A stretch of 64,000 nt of DNA from Eledone cirrhosa (GCA_964016885.1 OZ024748.1:18166001-18230000), one strand, 5' to 3'; positions 26,606-39,188 are shown, counted from the first letter of the stretch. Notes: a model not told the origin generated them from the letters alone. Program-made: numbers and translations.

Positions 26606-27064
26606 ATATTGTTATACTTCGGGAGGGTCATGTTGCCAATAAGAAACACACGCACCAGTTGCTTTCACTTCAATTTATTATATATTTATAAATTTATAAA
26701 TTTACAAATCTACAAACTTATAAATTTCTGGTTGGTTGGTTGGTTCCACAACCAGATAGTTGTTTATATATAGTCATAGTCCTTTCGTCACACACTCTGT
26801 GACCTCTTCAGTGACTGGGGATTCCTTTCTTTGTTTCTGTGCCTTTCCTTTCTTCTATCCTACGCCATTTTTGAAAAACAGAGTGTGTGACGAAAGGACT
26901 ATGACTATATATAAACAACTATCTGGTTGTGGAACCAACCAACCAACCAGAAATTTATAAGTTTGTAGATTTGTAAATTTATAAATTTATAAATATATAA
27001 TAAATTGAAGTGAAAGCAACTGGTGCGTGTGTTTCTTATTGGCAACATGACCCTCCCAAAGTAT

Positions 27065-27072
<8 letters not shown>
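26606..27072. mobile_element. Hairpin element 1 (195-bp inverted arms, 77-bp spacer), probably Penelope pLTR-derived; copies at 34976-35442 and 39636-40098
   Basis: Arms 26606-26800 and 26878-27072 are near-perfect reverse complements and contain an HHR. A shorter relative lies at about 48365-48535. Confidence 0.8.
26772..26816 (-). ncRNA. Minimal hammerhead ribozyme motif in hairpin element 1 (also 35142-35186 and 39798-39842)
   Basis: Minus strand reads agtca-CTGAAGA-g-gtcac(agagtgt)gtgac-GAAA-ggac-TA-tgact, with 5-bp stems I and II. Confidence 0.7.
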
Positions 27073-27097
<25 letters not shown>

Positions 27098-27112
27098 CTA
27101 TATATATATATA

Positions 27113-27512
27113 TAAAATACGTAGTTAAGAAAGCCACAACAATGCAGAGGGAAATCTCGAGGTAGGAAGTGAATGATAGATAGGAGAAACAGGAGAAAGT
27201 GAAAATTGAGAGAGACAAAGATGAAAACAAAACAAAGGTAGAAGGGTTATAACGGCATTCCTGTCTTAACGACATCACAACTTTCTCCGCTTGGCCTGTT
27301 CCCCCCCCCCTTTTTGGAACTTTCCCCCGTTGATGGGCGTGAGCCCGAAATATTGGGATTAAATCTCCACTACGGTAACCCTTCTACCTTTGTTTTGTTT
27401 TCATCTTTGTCTCTCTCAATTTTCACTTTCTCCTGTTTCTCCTATCTATCATTCACTTCCTACCTCGAGATTTCCCTCTGCATTGTTGTGGCTTTCTTAA
27501 CTACGTATTTTA
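27113..27512. mobile_element. Hairpin element 2 (137-bp inverted arms, ~126-bp spacer); copies at 35491-35891 and 40234-40632 (spacer inverted)
   Basis: Arms 27113-27249 and 27376-27512 are reverse complements. Confidence 0.85.
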
Positions 27513-27684
27513 CACATTTCACAATGCTTCAAGCAAACTTTAACACTCTCATATATATATATACTATATATATATATACTATATATATATACTATATATA
27601 TATATACTATATATATATATATATATACTATATATATATATATATATATATACTATATATATATATATATACTATATATATATA

Positions 27685-27720
<36 letters not shown>

Positions 27721-27889
27721 TATATATATATATACAGTATATATATATATACAGTATATATATATATATTATATAGTATATATATAGTATATATATACAG
27801 TATATATATATATATATATATATATACTATATATATATATACTATATATATATATATATACTATATATATATATACTATATATATATAT

Positions 27890-30800
27890 CTACCCCACAC
27901 CCCTCCCTCCCGCCCCCACACGCCACCATACTTAATACGTGGACCAATCATAAGCCAGAGCCCCCCCCCCCCGCATCACCACCATTATTATAAGCCAGAG
28001 CCACCCACCCCCACCCCCACGCATCACCATTATTATTATTACGCGGACCAAATCATAAGCCAGAGGCCTATACTATCGCTTGCCCGGTTGCCTTCGATAT
28101 ACGATGGATGGATAGATGGATGGATGGATGGACGGACGGACGGACTGCGGAATCCTTGGAGAATGGAAGGGAGAGAAAAATCTGGACGCTCAGAGCGAAA
28201 ATGCCAAAGTTAAAGTCAAATTCACCTCGTGGACGAGAATGCGAGCACTCCTCTTTGTTTCGTCCGCGGATGGCTAACATAACCCTATCTCCTCCCGCCC
28301 CCCACCACCCCCACCCTCCAAACGCAACCCAAAACTTCAGAGTTGGTACCATAAATGTAGGCACCCTAAAGGGTCGCGCTAACGAGGTTGTAGAAATGCT
28401 TGAACGTAAGGAGGTCGATGTTTGTTGTATTCAAGAGACCAGGTGGAGGGGTGGGTCTGCTAGATTCATTGAGGGTAAAAAACGATGTTATAAGCTTTTC
28501 TGGGTGGGAAACGACGATGGGCTGGGTGGAGTAGGAATCATGGTAGCAGAAAAGTGGGCAGATAAGATAATAGACGTAAATAGAGTGAACGACAGAATAA
28601 TTAAAATAAGACTTGTCCTCAATAGAACTACGGTGACAGTAATATCTGCGTACGCACCCCAATCCGGACTGCCCGGCACTATAAAAGACAGATTCTATGA
28701 GACACTGTTGCTAACTACCTCCCAAATATCTGACAGTGACTATATAATTATTGCAGGCGACCTAAATGGTCACGTTGGACAACATTGTGACGGCTATGAC
28801 GAAATCCATGGAGGCTATGGGTTTGGTACTAGAAATGAGGAAGGCTCCAGAATTCTGGAATACTGTGATGCAAATAACCTAACTATCTGTAACACTAACT
28901 TCAAAAAACGTGACAATCACCTGATTACCTATAGATCCGGGGAACACACAAGCCAGGTAGATTATATCCTTACCAGAAGACGTGACAGAGTGTCTGTTGT
29001 AAACACTAAATCCCTCCCCCATGAAGAATGCACCTCCCAACATAGACTGATAATTAGCGACCTCATAGTCAGGACGAGACGCACCCGACAGCAGAAGAGG
29101 ACTATCCTCAGGAGGAAAATATGGAAACTAAAAGACCCCACAGCCAGAAATAAATTTCAAAGCATATTACTTGATGCTTTCGACAGTAAGGAAGAGCATC
29201 TAGAATCGGACAATATAGAGGGACAGTGGAAATTTCTGAAAGCTAACCTGCTGTTGGCGACAGACGAAGTCTGTGGCTGGAGCAGGCCTGTAGGCAGGAG
29301 GAGAGTAACATGGTGGTGGAACAGTAAGGTGGAGGGGTCAATTAAGGCCAAAAAGCAGGCTTGGAAAGTATGGCGGGATGGGGGAAGTAGAGTAGACTAT
29401 CAAGTGGCCAGGAGGGAAGCTAGGAGAGAAGTGTACTTAGCAAGAAGGGAAGCTGAGGAAAGAAAGTTCAAGCATGTTCTACAACGCGATGACCAAAAAC
29501 GTGAGGTGTTCAGGATTGCCAGGCAATGCGTCAAGGAAAACCGTGATATTGTCGGGGAGAAGTGTGTACTTAACGATGATGGCATACTTGCCATCACCGA
29601 CACTGATAAGAAGGTAGCTTGGAAGTGTCACTATGAAAGGCTACTAAATGAGGAGAATAAATGGGAGAAAGACAGTCTCCCCCATATCGACCCGATAGAG
29701 GGACCAGCAGTGTTAGTCGAGGGGAGTATAATAAGTAAGGCAATCAAGGATATGAAGACTGGTAAGGCGGCTGGGCCTTCGGAAATAGTTGCTGAGATGC
29801 TGAAGGCATCTGGCACGGTGGGACACACCATGGTCACCCGCATAGTTAACCAAGTCGTACAGAATGGGGTTGTTCCGAAGGACTGGCATAGCAGCATCAT
29901 CGTTAACTGTTATAAGGGTAAAGGAGACGCCCTAGATAGGAGTAACTATAGAGGCATTAAATTAATCGACCAGGTCATGAAGGTCACGGAAAAAGTAATA
30001 GCGCAACTAATCAGAGAGAGAATTGATCTAGATGAAATGCAGTTCGGGTTTGTGTCAGGCAAAAGCACCACAGACGCTCTTTTCATAGTACGACAACTAC
30101 AGGAGAAGTACCTAGCTAAAGGTAAACCCCTCTACTTAGCTTTTGTCGACCTGGAGAAAGCCTTCGACAGAGTCCCCCGCTCCATTATCTGGTGGGCTCT
30201 TAGAAAACTAGGCGTTGACGAATGGCTTGTGAGGGCTATACAAGCCATGTATAAAGAAACAGTCAGCAAGGTTAGAATTAACAACGAATATAGTGAAGAG
30301 TTTAGCGTAAAAGTTGGCGTCCATCAGGGCTCTGTTCTCAGCCCCCTACTATTTATTATTGCCCTTCAGGCTATAACAGAGGAGTTCAAGACAGGCTGCC
30401 CATGGGAACTCCTATACGCAGACGACCTGACACTCATAGCGGAATCAATGGCCGAGCTAGAGAAGAAATTCCAAACATGGAAGCACGGCCTAGAGTCAAA
30501 AGGACTTAAAATTAACCTGGCTAAGACCAAAGTTCTAGTTTGTAGGAAAGAAAACAAGGCGGCGGTCCCTTCTGGGAAATGGTCGTGCTCGGTATGTAGG
30601 AAAGGCGTAGGTAGAAACTCCATCTTATGTCCTAAATGCAAAGTATGGGTGCATAAAAGATGTAGTGGGATCACAGGTAAGCTAACTAAGAACATAGACT
30701 TTACATGTGGCCGGTGTTCTGGTGCAATAAGTAGCAGCAAGTGCCCACAAAATACTAGCTCTTTCAATTGCGCAGAGGGTTTTATAGAAATAGTGGACAG

Positions 30801-31735
30801 CTTCCGTTACCTGGGCGATAAAATCAGCAGTGGGGGAGGGTGCTCTGAAAGTACTGTAGCTAGAGTCAGAACTGGTTGGAAAAAGTTCAGAGAGCTTATA
30901 CCACTATTAGCTGCTAAAGGGTTCTCCCTAAAAATGAAAGGCAGGTTGTACGATGCCTGCATACGAACAGCAATGTTGCATGGTAGTGAGACCTGGGCAT
31001 TGTGTGCAGAGGATATACGCAGACTAGAGAGGAACGAAGCTTGCATGCTCCGCTGGATGTGTAACAGTAATATACGTGAACGGCAAAGCATAAACGAACT
31101 AAGGAAAAAATTAGAGATAAGAGGGATCAGATGTTGTTTACTCGAGAGAAGGCTGCGTTGGTATGGACACGTGATGCGCATGAAAGTCGATAGCTGTATT
31201 ACAAAGTGCAGGGCAATAAAGATAGACGGTAGCCACGGAATAGGCAGACCTAGAAAAACATGGGATGAGCTGATAAACTCCGACCTCACACACTTACACC
31301 TCTCCAAGACAATGTCACTGGACCGTGACCTTTGGCGGTACTCAGTAACAGAGAAGACCCGCCTTGCCAGTAGGCATCTCTAGCAAAATACACCCCTCCC
31401 GCCGCCACCCCCACCCCATCCACACCACCCCGTTCTATGTAAAGTTATGTTGGTGCCGCGCCATCCAGGCCGAAACAAATGAGATCGTGTAGGTGTCACG
31501 ACAAAAAAACACACAGTCCACGCTGTAATGTGGCCGTGTAGGCAACACGGTAAAAACCTCCCAGACCCACACTGTAAATGTGGTTGGTGTTAGGAAGGGC
31601 ATCCAACTGTAGAAAACCTGCCAGACAGTCCTATGCGAGCAAGACAATCACTCTTGCCTCAAGTGGGACTACCCCCGTCCAAACCCATGCAAGCGTGGAA
31701 CACGGACGTTAAACGTTGATGATGATGATGATGAT
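27890..31735 (+). mobile_element. Full-length, apparently intact RTE-clade LINE inserted in a (TA)n tract of unit A
   Basis: C-rich 5' UTR with short repeats (taagccagag x3), a single long ORF, and a 3' UTR ending in (GAT)n. It is absent from the matching site in units B and C. Confidence 0.95.
28108..31383 (+). CDS. RTE ORF: AP endonuclease + reverse transcriptase with inserted PHD-type zinc finger (true start may be ATG 28201 or 28270)
   Basis: APE motifs GTINVGTL, CIQETRW, SAYAPQ, GDLNGHVG, QVDYIL. RT motifs FVDLEKAFDRV, GVHQGSVLSPLLF, YADD. C4HC3 pattern CSVC...CPKC...HKRC...CGRC. C-terminal RLRWYGHV...GRPRKTW. Confidence 0.97.
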   Translation: MDRWMDGWTDGRTAESLENGRERKIWTLRAKMPKLKSNSPRGRECEHSSLFRPRMANITLSPPAPHHPHPPNATQNFRVGTINVGTLKGRANEVVEMLERKEVDVCCIQETRWRGGSARFIEGKKRCYKLFWVGNDDGLGGVGIMVAEKWADKIIDVNRVNDRIIKIRLVLNRTTVTVISAYAPQSGLPGTIKDRFYETLLLTTSQISDSDYIIIAGDLNGHVGQHCDGYDEIHGGYGFGTRNEEGSRILEYCDANNLTICNTNFKKRDNHLITYRSGEHTSQVDYILTRRRDRVSVVNTKSLPHEECTSQHRLIISDLIVRTRRTRQQKRTILRRKIWKLKDPTARNKFQSILLDAFDSKEEHLESDNIEGQWKFLKANLLLATDEVCGWSRPVGRRRVTWWWNSKVEGSIKAKKQAWKVWRDGGSRVDYQVARREARREVYLARREAEERKFKHVLQRDDQKREVFRIARQCVKENRDIVGEKCVLNDDGILAITDTDKKVAWKCHYERLLNEENKWEKDSLPHIDPIEGPAVLVEGSIISKAIKDMKTGKAAGPSEIVAEMLKASGTVGHTMVTRIVNQVVQNGVVPKDWHSSIIVNCYKGKGDALDRSNYRGIKLIDQVMKVTEKVIAQLIRERIDLDEMQFGFVSGKSTTDALFIVRQLQEKYLAKGKPLYLAFVDLEKAFDRVPRSIIWWALRKLGVDEWLVRAIQAMYKETVSKVRINNEYSEEFSVKVGVHQGSVLSPLLFIIALQAITEEFKTGCPWELLYADDLTLIAESMAELEKKFQTWKHGLESKGLKINLAKTKVLVCRKENKAAVPSGKWSCSVCRKGVGRNSILCPKCKVWVHKRCSGITGKLTKNIDFTCGRCSGAISSSKCPQNTSSFNCAEGFIEIVDSFRYLGDKISSGGGCSESTVARVRTGWKKFRELIPLLAAKGFSLKMKGRLYDACIRTAMLHGSETWALCAEDIRRLERNEACMLRWMCNSNIRERQSINELRKKLEIRGIRCCLLERRLRWYGHVMRMKVDSCITKCRAIKIDGSHGIGRPRKTWDELINSDLTHLHLSKTMSLDRDLWRYSVTEKTRLASRHL

Positions 31736-31778
31736 ATATACTATATATATATATATATATATATATACTGTATATATA

Positions 31779-31812
<34 letters not shown>

Positions 31813-31936
31813 TGTATATATATACTATATATATACTATATAATATATATATATATACTGTATATATATATATATATACTGTATATATATATATACTGTA
31901 TATATATATATATATAATGTATAAATATACATTATG

Positions 31937-31981
31937 GCAAGCTGATGAGTTGGGATTACCCAACGAAACTTAAGTACCTGT
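31937..31981 (+). ncRNA. Canonical-core minimal type I hammerhead ribozyme (unit A)
   Basis: gcaag-CTGATGA-gttggg(atta)cccaac-GAAAC-ttaa-GTA-cctgt: intact core, 6-bp stem II, palindromic stem III (acttaagt), GUA cleavage triplet; stem I has one mismatch. Confidence 0.8.
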
Positions 31982-32002
31982 ATATATCACTGTTGTAACT
32001 GA

Positions 32003-33322
32003 ACTATCCTTGAAAGGTCGAGCGGAGGTGGCGAACACTTTTATAGCGTCCGCCATCTACTACCGCTTGACCGTCGTGCCTTGTCCAGCCAAAACGCTCG
32101 CCAAAATGGAGCGCGCCCTCTTCCGATTCCTTTGGAAGAGGCGGGCTCCTTTGGTAAGAAGATCCATCTGCTGCCAACACCCTTCTAACGGAGGGCTGGG
32201 GATGCCGTGGTTGACGATGCGCAAACACGCGCTCAGGCTGCGGCATCTCTACGTATTCCTCACCGGACAACCGGTGTGGGCCCCGTTCGTGAGGCGAGCC
32301 TTCCCACGACTCGTCTCGCTGACCGAGCTGCAGTCCTGGGTCAAGCAGAGACCGAGGAAAATGGGCGACTGGCACATCGAATGTGCTCAGGCGCTCACAG
32401 CCCTCTGGCAGGCGGACCCAGCGATCAGTGGAGACTCCACTTTGTCATTCTATAGAGGGTTGGTCCGCAGCAAGTGCGACGACGCGCTCGGTGAAACTCT
32501 AGGCGTGGAGGAAGATGAACTGGCCAGTCTGTTCGGTAGGACCTTCCGCCCGGGACCGATGGACAACTTTCAAAAGTCCCTGGCCTGGCAGTGCTACCGA
32601 GGAGCTCTACCAGTTCGAGACAAGCTCTACAGACATGGGCGCCCGGGCAGGGACCCTGCAAAAAAGATCTGTCCGAGGTGCGTGCGAGACGAAGAAACCG
32701 TCGCGCACGCATTCATACACTGCCCGGGCGTCAATGACCTGTGGGGCTATGTAGAACGACTATTGTCGCGGGTGGGACCAATCCAGTTGACCACCGAGTC
32801 CATTGTCATGATCAAACCGCCACCCTCCTTCAAAAACGAAGGAGAGGCGGTTTTCCTTTGTGTGATAGCTATGGCGAAAGAGGTTGTATGGTGGACAAGG
32901 TTGAAAGGGCTGAGGTCAGACACCTTTCTCTCCGGCCAACAACTGATTCTTTTTTTCAAATACCACTTTGGAAGAAGAATCAGGATGGAGAGAGAGGTGC
33001 TGTACCCCAGCAAGTTTTATGAAAGGTGGGTGAAAGTGGCGAGAATGGCCCGAGTGAATGGGCCTTCTCTCTATATCAGCCTGTAGGTTGAGGAAAAGGA
33101 GGAGGACAGGAAAGGAGTACAAGCTCTTCGTACTCCTGGAGATGAGGGTTGCACATTTTTTTCGGGGGTCTGTGTTACCCATATAAACTGTCTCCCTCTA
33201 TTGGGGAAAATCGACTAACTTTTAAATTCCATCTGTGATAACATTTTACACGTTTTTATTGTATGTAAACTTCCCCCTTTGTATTTGTCCCCTTCTTTTG
33301 TGCCCCTGTGGCTAATAAAGAA
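32003..33322 (+). mobile_element. 5'-truncated L1/Tx1-clade LINE (ORF2 C-terminal 358 aa, 32010-33086, with zf-RVT CCHC)
   Basis: SLKGR..., FRFLW, GGLG, LPVRDKL, CPRC-x8-H-x4-C; AATAAA at 33314; empty site in unit C. Confidence 0.9.
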
Positions 33323-33587
33323 ATCTATCTATCTATATATATATAAATGATGATGATGATGATTTATCCCAAATGAAACAGTTCTAGTCCTGTAGAAGCC
33401 ATTTCTATATTAAATATTTATACTCTGCTATGTATTGAGTACCTTACTTGTTGTTTTTACCCCTGATTGAACCCGGGATAAACTTCATCATCATCCATCA
33501 TCATCACCGTCTTATGTCAATGTTTCCACGCTAAGATGGGTTAGACAGGTTGTCCTGTTGTGGGCAATGCCAGGTCAAGACACCATG

Positions 33588-33645
<58 letters not shown>

Positions 33646-34117
33646 TCCAGAAATAGCCGTTGAAATGGCTTGAGCTCTGCCGGCGGGGTCAAACTTTTTC
33701 CTATTACCCACTCTACTACCCTAAATAAAATATTCATAAAGCATAAAATTTATTTAATGCCACATATGTTAATGTGAAATAATGATCTGTATCAAAACCA
33801 ATGATGATTCCTTTGTATTTAGATTGATTTTTATATGTATACTATGTGAGTTATTTAGCAAAATTATTTGCAAAGTCTATACATCTGTTGGTGATTTTGC
33901 ATATATTTGCATATGCATCTTGTTGTGAAGCATTGTCTAAAAATATCCTTGTCAGACCCATGCCACCATGAAAAAGTTGACATAAAATTGTGTGGTTGTA
34001 TGTATATACACAGACAACTGATGAAGGAAAATTTTTTCCCGTTCATGCTTTCCTCTTATTTATACGTACACCTTATCGAGCAACTCCACAGCCCCTGTTT
34101 CTTCTTAAATTTATATA

Positions 34118-34178
<61 letters not shown>

Positions 34179-34501
34179 TACATACACATACATAATACAT
34201 ATATAGTATCATTCCATTTTCCATTTCCATTTTGTCTGCTTTTTCCCTGCTTGCAAGGGTGGGACGGGAACTGTTCTGGCTTGATTTCTACAGCTGGATG
34301 CCCTTCCTAACACCAACCTCATTTACAGTGAGTGCTGGGTGCTTTTTTGCCGTGGCACCTCCACAACCACTTTGCAGTGGAATGATATGGGCCCCAGTCC
34401 CTATTATCTCATTTCTACAGCTGAGTAAACTGGAGCAATGTGAAATAAAGTGTCTTGCTCAAGGAAACAACACATCAAGACACTTTATTTCACTTTATAT
34501 A

Positions 34502-34535
<34 letters not shown>

Positions 34536-34841
34536 TGTATATATATATATATATATATACTGTATATATATATATATATATACTGTATATATATATATAT
34601 ATACTGTATATATATATCATCATCATCATCATCGTTTAACGTCCGTGTTCCATGCTTGCATGGGTTTGGACGGGAGTTTTCCCACTTGAGGCAAGAGTGG
34701 TTGTCTTGCTCGCATAGGACTGTCTGGCGGGTTTTCTACAGTTGGATGCCCTTCCTAACACCAACCACATTTACAGTGTGGGGCTGGGAGGTTTTTACCG
34801 TGTTGCCTACACGGCCACATTACAGCGTGGACTGTCTGGCA

Positions 34842-34882
<41 letters not shown>

Positions 34883-35434
34883 TGTATATATATATATACT
34901 GTATATATAATATATATATTTCGTTTCTGAATTTGTTTAGCAAGATTCTTTATCTGAAATCGTGTGTTGAAACCGATATTGTTATACTTCGGGAGGGTCA
35001 TGTTGCCAATAAGAAACACACGCACCAGTTGCTTTCACTTCAATTTATTATATATTTATAAATTTATAAATTTACAAATCTACAAACTTATAAATTTCTG
35101 GTTGGTTGGTTGGTTCCACAACCAGATAGTTGTTTATATATAGTCATAGTCCTTTCGTCACACACTCTGTGACCTCTTCAGTGACTGGGGATTCCTTTCT
35201 TTGTTTCTGTGCCTTTCCTTTCTTCTATCCTACGCCATTTTTGAAAAACAGAGTGTGTGACGAAAGGACTATGACTATATATAAACAACTATCTGGTTGT
35301 GGAACCAACCAACCAACCAGAAATTTATAAGTTTGTAGATTTGTAAATTTATAAATTTATAAATATATAATAAATTGAAGTGAAAGCAACTGGTGCGTGT
35401 GTTTCTTATTGGCAACATGACCCTCCCAAAGTAA

Positions 35435-35476
<42 letters not shown>

Positions 35477-36063
35477 TATATATATATATATAAAATACGT
35501 AGTTAAGAAAGCCACAACAATGCAGAGGGAAATCTCAAGGTAGGAAGTGAATGATAGATAGGAGAAACAGGAGAAAGTGAAAATTGAGAGAGACAAAGAT
35601 GAAAACAAAACAAAGGTAGAAGGGTTATAACGGCATTCCTGTCTTAACGACATCACAACTTTCTCCGCTTGGCCTGTTCCCCCCCCCCCCTTTTGGAACT
35701 TTCCCCCGTTGATGGGCGTGAGCCCGAAATATTGGGATTAAATCTCCACTACGGTAACCCTTCTACCTTTGTTTTGTTTTCATCTTTGTCTCTCTCAATT
35801 TTCACTTTCTCCTGTTTCTCCTATCTATCATTCACTTCCTACCTCGAGATTTCCCTCTGCATTGTTGTGGCTTTCTTAACTACGTATTTTACACATTTCA
35901 CAATGCTTCAAGCAAACTTTAACACTCTCATATATATATATACTATATATATATATACTATATATATATACTATATATATATATACTATATATATATATA
36001 TATATACTATATATATATATATATATATATACTATATATATATATATATACTATATATATATA

Positions 36064-36099
<36 letters not shown>

Positions 36100-36218
36100 T
36101 ATATATATATATACAGTATATATATATATACAGTATATATATATATATTATATAGTATATATATAGTATATATATACAGTATATATATATATATATATAT
36201 ATATACTATATATATATA

Positions 36219-36254
<36 letters not shown>

Positions 36255-36279
36255 TATATATATATACTATATATATATA

Positions 36280-36347
<68 letters not shown>

Positions 36348-36358
36348 CTGTATATATA

Positions 36359-36392
<34 letters not shown>

Positions 36393-36518
36393 TGTATATA
36401 TATACTATATATATACTATATAATATATATATATATATACTGTATATATATATATATATACTGTATATATATATATACTGTATATATATATATATATAAT
36501 GTATAAATATACATTATG

Positions 36519-36563
36519 GCAAGCTGATGAGTTGGGATTACCCAACGAAACTTAAGTACCTGT
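36519..36563 (+). ncRNA. Canonical-core minimal hammerhead ribozyme (unit B)
   Basis: Identical to 31937-31981. Confidence 0.8.
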
Positions 36564-36584
36564 ATATATCACTGTTGTAACTGA

Positions 36585-37904
36585 ACTATCCTTGAAAGGT
36601 CGAGCGGAGGTGGCGAACACTTTTATAGCGTCCGCCATCTACTACCGCTTGACCGTCGTGCCTTGTCCAGCCAAAACGCTCGCCAAAATGGAGCGCGCCC
36701 TCTTCCGATTCCTTTGGAAGAGGCGGGCTCCTTTGGTAAGAAGATCCATCTGCTGCCAACACCCTTCTAACGGAGGGCTGGGGATGCCGTGGTTGACGAT
36801 GCGCAAACACGCGCTCAGGCTGCGGCATCTCTACGTATTCCTCACCGGACAACCGGTGTGGGCCCCGTTCGTGAGGCGAGCCTTCCCACGACTCGTCTCG
36901 CTGACCGAGCTGCAGTCCTGGGTCAAGCAGAGACCGAGGAAAATGGGCGACTGGCACATCGAATGTGCTCAGGCGCTCACAGCCCTCTGGCAGGCGGACC
37001 CAGCGATCAGTGGAGACTCCACTTCGTCATTCTATAGAGGGTTGGTCCGCAGCAAGTGCGACGACGCGCTCGGTGAAACTCTAGGCGTGGAGGAAGATGA
37101 ACTGGCCAGTCTGTTCGGTAGGACCTTCCGCCCGGGACCGATGGACAACTTTCAAAAGTCCCTGGCCTGGCAGTGCTACCGAGGAGCTCTACCAGTTCGA
37201 GACAAGCTCTACAGACATGGGCGCCCGGGCAGGGACCCTGCAAAAAAGATCTGTCCGAGGTGCGTGCGAGACGAAGAAACCGTCGCGCACGCATTCATAC
37301 ACTGCCCGGGCGTCAATGACCTGTGGGGCTATGTAGAACGACTATTGTCGCGGGTGGGACCAATCCAGTTGACCACCGAGTCCATTGTCATGATCAAACC
37401 GCCACCCTCCTTCAAAAACGAAGGAGAGGCGGTTTTCCTTTGTGTGATAGCTATGGCGAAAGAGGTTGTATGGTGGACAAGGTTGAAAGGGCTGAGGTCA
37501 GACACCTTTCTCTCCGGCCAACAACTGATTCTTTTTTTCAAATACCACTTTGGAAGAAGAATCAGGATGGAGAGAGAGGTGCTGTACCCCAGCAAGTTTT
37601 ATGAAAGGTGGGTGAAAGTGGCGAGAATGGCCCGAGTGAATGGGCCTTCTCTCTATATCAGCCTGTAGGTTGAGGAAAAGGAGGAGGACAGGAAAGGAGT
37701 ACAAGCTCTTCGTACTCCTGGAGATGAGGGTTGCACATTTTTTTCGGGGGTCTGTGTTACCCATATAAACTGTCTCCCTCTATTGGGGAAAATCGACTAA
37801 CTTTTAAATTCCATCTGTGATAACATTTTACACGTTTTTATTGTATGTAAACTTCCCCCTTTGTATTTGTCCCCTTCTTTTGTGCCCCTGTGGCTAATAA
37901 AGAA
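36585..37904 (+). mobile_element. Duplicate of the L1/Tx1 fragment (ORF 36592-37668)
   Basis: Same breakpoints as 32003-33322; the protein differs at one residue (L vs S). Confidence 0.9.
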
Positions 37905-38169
37905 ATCTATCTATCTATATATATATAAATGATGATGATGATGATTTATCCCAAATGAAACAGTTCTAGTCCTGTAGAAGCCATTTCTATATTAAATATT
38001 TATACTCTGCTATGTATTGAGTACCTTACTTGTTGTTTTTACCCCTGATTGAACCCGGGATAAACTTCATCATCATCCATCATCATCACCGTCTTATGTC
38101 AATGTTTCCACGCTAAGATGGGTTAGACAGGTTGTCCTGTTGTGGGCAATGCCAGGTCAAGACACCATG

Positions 38170-38209
<40 letters not shown>

Positions 38210-39009
38210 TCCAGAAATAGCCGTTGAAATGGCTTGAGCTCTGCCGGCGGGGTCAAACTTTTTCCTATTACCCACTCTACTACCCTAAATAAAATATTCA
38301 TAAAGCATAAAATTTATTTAATGCCACATATGTTAATGTGAAATAATGATCTGTATCAAAACCAATGATGATTCCTTTGTATTTAGATTGATTTTTATAT
38401 GTATACTATGTGAGTTATTTAGCAAAATTATTTGCAAAGTCTATACATCTGTTGGTGATTTTGCATATATTTGCATATGCATCTTGTTGTGAAGCATTGT
38501 CTAAAAATATCCTTGTCAGACCCATGCCACCATGAAAAAGTTGACATAAAATTGTGTGGTTGTATGTATATACACAGACAACTGATGAAGGAAAATTTTT
38601 TCCCGTTCATGCTTTCCTCTTATTTATACGTACACCTTATCGAGCAACTCCACAGCCCCTGTTTCTTCTTAAATTTATATACTGTATATATATATATATA
38701 TATATGCATACATACACATACATAATACATATATAGTATCATTCCATTTTCCATTTCCATTTTGTCTGCTTTTTCCCTGCTTGCAAGGGTGGGACGGGAA
38801 CTGTTCTGGCTTGATTTCTACAGCTGGATGCCCTTCCTAACACCAACCTCATTTACAGTGAGTGCTGGGTGCTTTTTTGCCGTGGCACCTCCACAACCAC
38901 TTTGCAGTGGAATGATATGGGCCCCAGTCCCTATTATCTCATTTCTACAGCTGAGTAAACTGGAGCAATGTGAAATAAAGTGTCTTGCTCAAGGAAACAA
39001 CACATTATA

Positions 39010-39073
<64 letters not shown>

Positions 39074-39156
39074 TATATAAAGTGAAATAAAGTGTCTTGA
39101 TGTGTCTTGCTCAAGGAAACAACACATCAAGACACTTTATTTCACTTTATATACTG

Positions 39157-39188
<32 letters not shown>

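Noticed and set aside
32004-33182. Overlapping alternative-frame and antisense ORFs over the Tx1 and RTE sequences
   Set aside because: Shadow ORFs of GC-rich coding sequence with no independent motifs.
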